A DNA stretch of 64,000 bases from the IMG/VR virus record IMGVR_UViG_3300045988_174992, one strand, 5' to 3'. The notes under the pieces are model-generated. The model did not search any database. It saw nothing but the letters and a program-made list of their open reading frames with translations, and had not been told where the DNA came from. Both the position numbers and the translations under genes were made by a program. Below, one piece after another: positions 43,581-52,900 of this stretch. The stretch is from a virus. How positions within the stretch are numbered: position 1 is the stretch's first letter; each line of letters opens with the position of its first letter.

Positions 43581-43651
43581 ACTGCCATATTGGATTCGAA
43601 CCAATGTTGCAGGTTTTGCAGACCTGCACCTAACCACTCGGACAATGGCAG
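43581..43651 (-). tRNA. tRNA-Cys(GCA)
   Basis: Acceptor CTGCCAT/ATGGCAG, arm CAGGT-CTGCAAA-ACCTG, T-arm ATTGG-TTCGAAT-CCAAT. Weak D-stem. Confidence 0.75.
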
Positions 43652-43663
43652 TTATATATTTTG

Positions 43664-43749
43664 CGGAAGCTGTAGGATTCGAACCTACGGAACCTTTCGG
43701 TTCTCTGGTTTTCAAGACCAGTGCAATCGGCCAACTCTGCCAAACTTCC
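43664..43749 (-). tRNA. tRNA-Ser(UGA), long variable arm
   Basis: Acceptor GGAAGTT/AGCTTCC, arm CTGGT-CTTGAAA-ACCAG, variable arm GAACCGAAAGGTTC, T-arm GTAGG-TTCGAAT-CCTAC. Confidence 0.85.
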
Positions 43750-43772
43750 AATTACATATTTATATATTCTTG

Positions 43773-43857
43773 CGGAAGCAGAAGGATTCGAACCTACGGA
43801 ACCTTTCGGTTCGGCACGTTAGCAGTGTGCTGGTTTAAACCACTCACCCATACTTCC
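43773..43857 (-). tRNA. tRNA-Ser(GCU), long variable arm
   Basis: Acceptor GGAAGTA/TGCTTCC, loop CTGCTAA. Same variable arm and T-loop as tRNA-Ser(UGA). One mismatch each in the anticodon and T stems. Confidence 0.75.
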
Positions 43858-44188
43858 ATACAAGGGATTTGATATTTCAATTGCTGTTCCCTTCTTCAAT
43901 TGATTTGCAACTTCAATTGATATGATTCAACAATAACAACCTGTTACCAAACAAATTAGGACGATTTGTTTAAATAACTTTGTTAGCCATCATTAATTAT
44001 CTCTTGAACTTTTTTCGGCTGTCGCCCATACAAAGTAATCTGTGTAATTATTGGTCTAGTCCAATTAAATTCAACCTTCTTACACACGATCAACAAAGAC
44101 ATTCACATGGATTTGTTGATTATCCAGATGTTAATGATGTTGAGCTTCTCATTCTTTTACATTATCAGCAGAGATCTCTTGACTACCA

Positions 44189-44277
44189 TGGTGTTCCATA
44201 CGGGACTCGAACCCGTGACCCTCCGATTAAAAGTCGGATGCTCTCTAGCCTTGCGGAACCAACTGAGCTAATGGAAC
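44189..44277 (-). tRNA. tRNA-Lys(UUU) with about 12-nt D-loop insertion and encoded 3' CCA
   Basis: Acceptor GTTCCAT/ATGGAAC + ACCA, arm TCCGA-CTTTTAA-TCGGA, T-arm ACGGG-TTCGAGT-CCCGT, D-loop AGTTGGTTCCGCAAGGCTAGA. Confidence 0.75.
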
Positions 44278-44307
44278 TTAAATAAATATTTCAAAGAACT
44301 TAATTAG

Positions 44308-44382
44308 TGGTTCTGACGAGACTCCAACTCGTGACCCGGAATTTAGAAGATTCCTGCTCTAATGCAACTGAGCTACAGAACC
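44308..44382 (-). tRNA. tRNA-Arg(UCU)
   Basis: Acceptor GGTTCTG/CAGAACC, arm GGAAT-CTTCTAA-ATTCC, T-arm ACGAG-TTGGAGT-CTCGT. Confidence 0.85.
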
Positions 44383-44393
44383 AATTAATTTTG

Positions 44394-44466
44394 TGGGTAA
44401 AGATGGATTCGAACCAACAACACCTAGATCTTCAATCTAGTGCTCTACCATTGGAGCTATTTACCC
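44394..44466 (-). tRNA. tRNA-Phe(GAA)
   Basis: Acceptor GGGTAAA/TTTACCC, arm CTAGA-TTGAAGA-TCTAG, T-arm GTTGG-TTCGAAT-CCATC. Confidence 0.85.
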
Positions 44467-44624
44467 AATCAATAAACAAATTACGGATCTCTAGAAAATC
44501 CTGTTAGCATGGATTGCTTTATATCCTTAAGCTATTGGTCTGGCATCCAACTCAGAAGTATTAAGTTCTGGATCTTATTCCATGTATTGTAATTTGTTCA
44601 TATCAATATTTGATTGACATATAT

Positions 44625-44653
44625 AATATAGAACTTATATAGGATATTTCAAA
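44625..44653 (-). promoter_or_regulatory. minus-strand promoter motif copy F (head of the tRNA island)
   Basis: Plus strand reads AATATAGAAC-ttatataggat-ATTTCAAA, about 160 nt upstream of tRNA-Phe. Confidence 0.65.
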
Positions 44654-45027
44654 CTTTTATATGCAAAAAATGAGAAAAAATTCCTAATTGTTTACGGAAC
44701 TTCTTCTCAATCAATATTCATCTAATAAAATAAGAATTATTCCGTTCACTAATTCGTGATCAGATACAATTCATCTATCACGAACTTTACTATGAATGTC
44801 TAAACCCACAAGGCATACTACCACACCAAGGTAAGAAGCAACCAAAAGATTGTTTCACTGATGAGACGCTATGTAATTTGAGTGACTTCATTTAAAGTTC
44901 AATTTTAATTTTCTTATATTAAAATAAATACAAAAGCATATACCAGACATAGTTTAAATGTTAAATAATATTAATAAAATGTATTGTCAATTTTTAAATA
45001 TCAGAAAAACAAATATTGTCTACTTTA

Positions 45028-48000
45028 ATGATAAAGCCATTGATCAGAGTCATTCCTACATATAGTGGAAATGTCAAAATAGTTTGTACAACATCGGATT
45101 ATATCAAATCAACAGATAAAGAATATGATGTATATGATTGCTTTGTAAGAGGCGCCGTACTGTCTCCATTGTCTCATACAATATATGATAAGAAAATAGA
45201 AGCTAATCTTCTGTCTTCAAACTACTCTTATGATCTGAAAGAATACTATAAATATTACAACAATGTTTTCTTCAGTAATGGAATGTCTTTTGATGAAAGT
45301 AATGTTCAGGTTTTTGACAAGTTAAATCCAATTTATGATAGAAACATAGATTTGGAAATGGGTTGCAGTAGAGTATTGAATGTAAAGAATAACCATAAAT
45401 TTGAATTTTTTGCTCCTATATATGTAGATGATCCAAATGACTTACCAGATGCATTCATTATAGATATGATATTCACTAATAAAGACAGAAAACTGTATAA
45501 GAGAATGAAAGTCAATATAATGGATTATCCAAGAGATAAGAGAAATTATCTATTCCATTATCTTGATTCTTATAAATCTTGTATTGATTCTAAAGTAGCA
45601 AATATTTCTGTTGTAAATAAAAACGCAACATATAGTGGTATAGATTTGAATCATGGTGGCATAGCTACAGCTATATCTAATGAAATAGGTAATATGCTAT
45701 CATCTATGTCAACTATAAATCTTTTTGACCTTTCTTTAGGATTGCAATTCAAAAGAAAGAATATTGCAATGAAGCAAGTATTGCCATTATGCTTCAGTAT
45801 TGATTTAGATAAAGTACTTGACCAATCAGAAAAAACATTATATAAAGGAGCACAAGTTGAAGTATCCGGTTATTACATATCAAATGGAAACATAATATCT
45901 TGGTATGATTGGAGTTGTGACTATGATACACTAAATCAGAACATCCTTAGAATGGACAAGAATACAGGATTGATGAACTACATACCTGGAAATGTTCCTA
46001 ACATAATGGATAACAAATATCCTAGCTTACATGAAGCAAGAATGCAAAAATATTCTTTGTCTAATAAGATAAGCAAGATGTATTCTAGATGGAAGCTGCA
46101 GGCATCACCAGATGAAAATCCATATATCATAAATCTTGCCTTTGCATTTTCTGACAACCAATATTCTAATCTCTTATATAGGGAATTTCCTACTCCATCT
46201 TATACCATTTCAGGAATATGTGAAACAATATCATCAGCTAAATCATCTGTAACAGAAGATTATTCACTAATATTTCCTTTAGGAAAAGATATTGATAAGT
46301 ATAATGACAGATATCCAAACATAACAACTAATTATGAAAACATAATGAATAAGTATGGATATAATTGGTTTAGCTTATGTAATATATCAGAAAATGACAG
46401 TTCTTGGGTAGATAATGTATCTTGGGGTACTGTATCAAATGATGAATGCTACTATAATGGTATTTTACACAACCTTACTAACATATATAATACACTTACT
46501 AAAGATAATGAAAAAATAGATAAGTTTGGAGTATTTGTAAATCCAAGATTCTCGGTAAAGACTTCAGTGGCTAATGATGTAATGAAACATGCTAATTATA
46601 CTATATCTACTAGCATGGCTAATCAATTTGAAACAAATTGTAAGTATAATACTACAATCATGTCTTCAATGCTATATAGCGATGCTATTACTAAAGCTGC
46701 TTGTGAAGCATTTACCTCTACAAATCCAGCAGATAGCGAAAAAAATGCAGTGATGTCATTGAATGATACATTCATAAAGATAGATCCTGTCAATTCATAT
46801 TCATATTCAAAATGGTATGTCAATATCAATGATTATGGATTTACAATGGATGATATAAATACTTGGTACAATTATGATGATACAATTGTGGCATTAGAAA
46901 ATGTATTCTCTTATGAATTAAGCTATGTATATTTCTCATATAGTCATGAAGTACAGAATACAACATTCAATGATGCATTCAACTTATTCAAGAGTGAAAA
47001 CCTATATAAATTAGCAACTTCAGATTCAGTAGAAGATATTATCAATACATATAAGTCTAATTCTTATGAAATGTTACCTATACATACATTAAAAATGATG
47101 GTAGATGACACTTCATCATATTTGTCTTACATTAAGATTGGTGGTCCACTCAGCTATGTTTCTTACAAATATGGTATAAAAGTACACAATGGAAATCCAC
47201 CTATAGATCCATATAATGATAGTTTTGTAAATGCAAAAAACTATAAATCTTATGTTTTTGCTCCAGGATATGATACATCATCTTATGATTTGATAAATGA
47301 TCCAGATAAGAAATTCTTATCATATACATTAGAGAACTACATTACTGGAAGTACTTCTACTTATTCTATAGAAAAAGAAAATCCTTACAGTTACTACTGG
47401 TATCAGTATACAGATTTTGATATCTGGCAAGATCCAATGGTAAGACAGATTTGCATATCTTCTAAGAATGACAAGAAAATAAGAAATAAGGTTGGTTTCA
47501 CATATTATATTCCTGAAGAAAACATAGAATCTGGTAGAAGAGAAGGTTTCAGCTATTCATACATATTGTTACAACCATCATCTCTAATAAATACCCAATA
47601 TGGTTTCAATTTATATAGAGAAGGTGAATTCTTTAATGAAAAATGGATTAAGATGTTGAGTGCTACTGATACTGACCAGATAGCTTATTACTATCTTACT
47701 GGATTAAAGAGCAATGGTAGTACAGACAATTATGATTTAACATATTTTAATGTTGTTGGGAAACCTGCTTACAACTTCAGAATGACATTGAAGAACATAT
47801 ACAAAGATACTAGCTACTATCTTACTAAACGTTTATCTTCTAAATCTAGATATACATTCATGCCAGTAGTATATGGAGATAATGAAATATGTGCAACAAA
47901 TGTATTCATAAAGAAAGATCCAGAATTAGAATTTCATGGTGACAATATGAATGATGAAGATAAGGATAAAGATCTTGATGTAATATGGTGTGATGTGTAT

Positions 48001-49905
48001 AATTTCAGAAGAGTATTGTTGAAGAGTGGAATATCAGAAGATAAGGTACAAGAAAGATTGGATTATGTAAGAAAGATGAAAGCTAAGTTCTTGAATAAAG
48101 AACATCTTTATTGGTGGTATAATGAATTGTGTAAAGACTATAACTATGACTACCCAGTTGATATAATAGAAAATTGGTATGACTACTTGTATGTAAAGCA
48201 AAGAATAATGTCAAATGACAAAGATGGAAAGATACAGATAGTAGATGCATATACCAAATTGAAGGATATTCATGGTATGGAAGAACAGATAACTGTTTCT
48301 GATAAGAAGGTAGATAACCCTTATAGAATATTCAATTACTTCTATGACAGAATAGAATACAAAGGAAATGGAATATGGAAGTTCCGACATAGTGATGAAG
48401 ATGATTTTGATGTGAATTCATACGAAATAGTGTTTAATATAAATGTTACAAGGCTTGATGATACTATCTATGATAAAGTAATGAAAATAGAAAAGGATGA
48501 TAGTTCTGAATACAGAGATATATATCTTTATAGATTAGAAAAGTCTGATGAATGGGAAAGAAACATGTTGTCTTCAGAATATAAGATATCCTATGATGTT
48601 CAAACTAAGATAGAAGAGTATGATCCGGTAGGTCATGTACTTATTCCACTATTTAACGACATACATGCCCAAGAAAAAGAAGATACAATAATATATGCAC
48701 ATTATTTGTTAAATGATTTGATGAAGACCAAAGTAAACAAAAAAGGAGATACTTGGTACATGTACAGATATAATGCAAATAATGTAAATTGGATGATAGA
48801 GATAAATGAGCAAACTGTAAATAATTTGAAAAAACTCTATAAAGATCCAATAATATATTCTAATTATGACAGTGTGAATATTCAGTTAGATAATTTTGGT
48901 TATGATGATTTAGGATACAAAATAGATAATTTTGGTACAATAAAGAAAGATGGAACAAATTATGGTTTTTGGATAATAAATATAGATGCTGACAATACAA
49001 CAAGTACATTCAATGTGATAGCCCAGTATAACATATCAAACGTTCCTGATATTCCAATATATACTTATGACAATAAGATAAAGCTTATAAAATATATAAA
49101 TGGCGTTGATATATATATAAGAAAGGATTATGTATTTAAAGTATTCAAACAAATGCTTCCATTCTTTAAAATACAACCATCTGTTATATTTGACAGATTG
49201 ATTACTATAACTAAGCCATCGAATTTCAGATTCATAATGAGATATAAAGAATCTAAATGTACTGTTGATGACCCTAATGTAGAAGTATCAGAAACTAATG
49301 TAACTATAGATAAATCAAATACATATCTGCAATATAACAGATACTTTGGAAATATAGTACCATTGATAAATAGAGTGACTTCTGTATCTGACCAATGGTT
49401 GTTGAAATTCAAAGATACCATAGAGAATACCAATAGAATGGTAGATACTGGAAAGTACCCATCTATAGGTGATAGTGTCATATATAAGACTTCTTTACAG
49501 TTAGATATGAGAAATTCAACCCCAATATATGTGCCATCAAAAAACAATACAATAAAAGATTACAACAATAGAAAGAAAGATAAAAATGGACAAGAAATAA
49601 GAGTAAAACTATTAGAGCAAAAACATTTTAATGATTCTGTAATTGTATATTGTGATGATACATTAGAGTGGTCTACTAATAAATTATATTCTTATGATGA
49701 AGTGGTAAACAGATCAACAAAAGAACAAGCTTATGCAATATTCTTAATGTTGAACAGGGGTACATTGGTTGATGATATGAATGAAGATCAAAAATTATTT
49801 TTATTCAACAGGTATGATTACAAAGTGACATCAACTCCAATGAAGTTGAATTCACTTAATTCTAACAAGCTATATAAAATTCATTACAAATTTGTTTTGA
49901 AATAA
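45028..49905 (+). CDS. giant protein 1 (about 1625 aa), N/Y/D/K-rich, function unknown (virion or ejected protein suspected)
   Basis: Track ORF from TTG 45016; the first ATG is 45028 (MIKPLIRV). The 4.9-kb uninterrupted ORF in an AT-rich sequence argues for real coding. Confidence 0.7.
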   Translation: MIKPLIRVIPTYSGNVKIVCTTSDYIKSTDKEYDVYDCFVRGAVLSPLSHTIYDKKIEANLLSSNYSYDLKEYYKYYNNVFFSNGMSFDESNVQVFDKLNPIYDRNIDLEMGCSRVLNVKNNHKFEFFAPIYVDDPNDLPDAFIIDMIFTNKDRKLYKRMKVNIMDYPRDKRNYLFHYLDSYKSCIDSKVANISVVNKNATYSGIDLNHGGIATAISNEIGNMLSSMSTINLFDLSLGLQFKRKNIAMKQVLPLCFSIDLDKVLDQSEKTLYKGAQVEVSGYYISNGNIISWYDWSCDYDTLNQNILRMDKNTGLMNYIPGNVPNIMDNKYPSLHEARMQKYSLSNKISKMYSRWKLQASPDENPYIINLAFAFSDNQYSNLLYREFPTPSYTISGICETISSAKSSVTEDYSLIFPLGKDIDKYNDRYPNITTNYENIMNKYGYNWFSLCNISENDSSWVDNVSWGTVSNDECYYNGILHNLTNIYNTLTKDNEKIDKFGVFVNPRFSVKTSVANDVMKHANYTISTSMANQFETNCKYNTTIMSSMLYSDAITKAACEAFTSTNPADSEKNAVMSLNDTFIKIDPVNSYSYSKWYVNINDYGFTMDDINTWYNYDDTIVALENVFSYELSYVYFSYSHEVQNTTFNDAFNLFKSENLYKLATSDSVEDIINTYKSNSYEMLPIHTLKMMVDDTSSYLSYIKIGGPLSYVSYKYGIKVHNGNPPIDPYNDSFVNAKNYKSYVFAPGYDTSSYDLINDPDKKFLSYTLENYITGSTSTYSIEKENPYSYYWYQYTDFDIWQDPMVRQICISSKNDKKIRNKVGFTYYIPEENIESGRREGFSYSYILLQPSSLINTQYGFNLYREGEFFNEKWIKMLSATDTDQIAYYYLTGLKSNGSTDNYDLTYFNVVGKPAYNFRMTLKNIYKDTSYYLTKRLSSKSRYTFMPVVYGDNEICATNVFIKKDPELEFHGDNMNDEDKDKDLDVIWCDVYNFRRVLLKSGISEDKVQERLDYVRKMKAKFLNKEHLYWWYNELCKDYNYDYPVDIIENWYDYLYVKQRIMSNDKDGKIQIVDAYTKLKDIHGMEEQITVSDKKVDNPYRIFNYFYDRIEYKGNGIWKFRHSDEDDFDVNSYEIVFNINVTRLDDTIYDKVMKIEKDDSSEYRDIYLYRLEKSDEWERNMLSSEYKISYDVQTKIEEYDPVGHVLIPLFNDIHAQEKEDTIIYAHYLLNDLMKTKVNKKGDTWYMYRYNANNVNWMIEINEQTVNNLKKLYKDPIIYSNYDSVNIQLDNFGYDDLGYKIDNFGTIKKDGTNYGFWIINIDADNTTSTFNVIAQYNISNVPDIPIYTYDNKIKLIKYINGVDIYIRKDYVFKVFKQMLPFFKIQPSVIFDRLITITKPSNFRFIMRYKESKCTVDDPNVEVSETNVTIDKSNTYLQYNRYFGNIVPLINRVTSVSDQWLLKFKDTIENTNRMVDTGKYPSIGDSVIYKTSLQLDMRNSTPIYVPSKNNTIKDYNNRKKDKNGQEIRVKLLEQKHFNDSVIVYCDDTLEWSTNKLYSYDEVVNRSTKEQAYAIFLMLNRGTLVDDMNEDQKLFLFNRYDYKVTSTPMKLNSLNSNKLYKIHYKFVLK

Positions 49906-49951
49906 AAATGCTTAATCCTGATTGAAAGTTTAGAATATCAAACAAATATCT

Positions 49952-52900
49952 ATGTCAATAATCAATATAAACTCATTTGAGTCACGAGTAAGCAATGCTA
50001 ATTACTTAAGCAACTATACTGATCCTTATTTGAAACAGTCTTTGGCTAACCTTGGCCAAAGACTTTCAACTAAAGGTGATTCTATAAAGAATGACAGTTT
50101 CATCATCTCTGATTTGTTTCCTAATTATTTAGGAGATTTCAATCAGTCAAATATAGCAGCTGAATTTACTTGGACTAAGTCATCAAACAGCATAGTTGGT
50201 AAGATAGTTGAAGTAGATGCTGAGGAAAATAGTGACAAATCAGGAACCAGAGTTCCTGTAGGATATGATGAGACAAATTCAAATATAAATGGTAATGCTA
50301 ATTCACAGTTTACTATAGAATCATCAAACAACATTCTTAAGAACATTACTAAAGATCAGTATGGTTCTGAGATTTATCTTAATGATTCAACTGGTATAAA
50401 TGGTTCATCATATTGGCATAGAAATTCTGCTATAATTGCCCGTACACATGATAAGAATATTGGTAAAGATGTTCTTATCTATAAAGTTGTAGGGCATCAT
50501 GATTCTGGTAAGTATGGCCCTTATGATAATGAGTATATATGTGAAGAGATAACAGTAGATGGTGAATTTGTAGATGGATTCAGAGTGTTCATGTCTAATG
50601 AATCCAATCTGATGTTACCAGAAGATGCTACTTTATCAAATGATCCTTCAACAGAAATAAATCCTAACGAGTATGAAAAGTTAGTATTGATCAGACTTAA
50701 GAAGAATCCAAACTATTATATTACTAACACTAATAATGAGCATAAATGGCTGTTAGAAGCATATAAGTGTAATTCCACAAAGATTGATTTAGGTGACTTT
50801 ACAAGAGTAGACTCTGTAAATTATGATTATGAAGATGACTTGTGGAAGAAGATATCTGACACTTATGATGCAAATGGTAGCTTAACACCATCGGAATTGA
50901 TTGATTCATTATGCAATCTGATGACAGAGAATACTTATGTATTTACTGATGATGGATCTCCTCTATTCACAAAGAAGTACACCTTACAAGTAGATGAGAA
51001 TACTGAAACCAATGTTGGATGGTCAGTAGCAAGTTTTTCTCCTATATCAAATAATGAAATTTGCAATAGCGTAGGTGTAGGTGAATGGTACATGGATGAT
51101 CAGGACGATCAAACCATGATAGAAGAAAAGCTTGAATATTTTGTAAATGATGCTTCACAGCTTTTTCCTATGGTACTTTCTGTATATGATGATATCATGT
51201 ACAGAGATTCAACCAACATTAAGATAAAGAGACAGATAATTGCTCAGTTATTGTTGTCTGCTAAAGAAGAAGCAAGTACACAATATGGTGCAAAATCTGT
51301 AGAAGTTGAAGATTCTTATAGCATTATCATGCCATTAGATTTTGTGGTAAACTTTACTTACAACTCTAATGATTCTTCTATAATATATAATTCACTTTCT
51401 TCTTTACAAGTAAATTTCATACAACTTGGAACAGATAAGAAACCTGGTAAAGGAATATTCAAGTACTTGCAGAAAATCTGCAATTATACTGATGCAGATA
51501 ATGAACAAGTAATATTAGCTCATGGTACTGAGCAGAAGACTATATTATATGATTTCATAATCAGTTATGTAAATGACAATATCATATCTTCTATTGATTG
51601 GTATCAGTCATTTATAGTACCTTATATTGGTACAGATGGATATTGGATCATAAATGGAGTAAAGACAGACCAGTATGCAAGAGCTATTAGTTCAAATGGC
51701 AGTGGAATCATAATAAAACAAGATACATATCCAAACAATTTTGATCCAAACTCTTCCATCATATATGGTCCGGAAACAGTAAAGAACTGGGATAAATCAA
51801 ATTGGGAATTGAAAGAATTTGCTGCAAATTACATGGATAGCAATTCCAATGTTGGTGGAGATTCTGTTGTTTCTGTATATGCTTGGGTACCATCTAGTGA
51901 ATGGTTGAATACCATATCTACTACTGATGATTATTCATATATAAGCAATTCTCTGCTTGTATGTTCTTCTTATATAGATACAATGGAGAAGGATTCAACA
52001 GAAAATAAGTATATATGCAAATATGATACTTATTCTGATACATGGAATACTTACTTAACTACTTATTCTTTTGAAGGTACTAACTATAGATTCTTTAAGA
52101 ATGAAGATATACTCAACAACTCTTATATATACAGAATAGATAAGAAAGCAACTTCATTATCTTATCTTTTAGGTAAGGACACTCTTGTTACTTCTTTCTG
52201 GACTTGTTATGAATATGAAGATAATGGTGTAAAGAAGCATGAAATGACTTATCTCAAGAGACCTGGTGGCATTGCCGCTTTAGATCTCTCTTATATGATG
52301 AGTTTAGAGAACATGATTGCCCATTATGCTAATGCCCAATATAGTCCTGACAACTATCAACATAGATGGGTAGTATTCTCTAAAGTAAACAATGACTTAA
52401 AGAATAACAGTCATGATTCTTCTAATGCCGTATATCCAGTAATAAGAAATCATAATTCTGACTACTTTACTGCTATTACTGGTTCTTATTCTAGATCTTT
52501 AGGAAATTCTGTAGAAAAAGATGTAGAACAATATAAGAATAATCTAAATTTCTCTATAGAATTTACTGATAGCATACAAGGAAAGATTGAAGGAACTGAA
52601 AATACTTATGACAATAGACACTTTGATATAAATGATGAAGTTGTAGTTACTAGAACTCCAATATCTTACATCTCTATAGATAGTGTTGGCAATAAAGTAG
52701 TAAAAGTAGATTCAGAAGCAACATATAAGAGATATGGTACTATTCCAAAGTCAATACCTTATACAAAGTATCCTAAAGAATATATTCCTAACTCTATCTA
52801 TAATGCTAATGATGATGTTTCTTCTACTGATAGCTACCAATACCCAATATTTGACTTAGGTGAAGTATTGGCAAAGAATCTCACCACTCTAAATAGATAC

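Noticed and set aside
39655-44507. Track ORFs inside the tRNA island (39655..39888, 41781..41963, 43361..43633, 43539..43751, 43578..43838, 43645..43872, 43980..44285, 44307..44507)
   Set aside because: Each overlaps one or more well-folded tRNA genes, and their translations are simply read-through of tRNA sequence.
44858-44865. Hammerhead ribozyme core CTGATGAG
   Set aside because: There is no downstream stem II followed by GAAA, and no stem I/III arrangement. The 8-mer alone is expected by chance.
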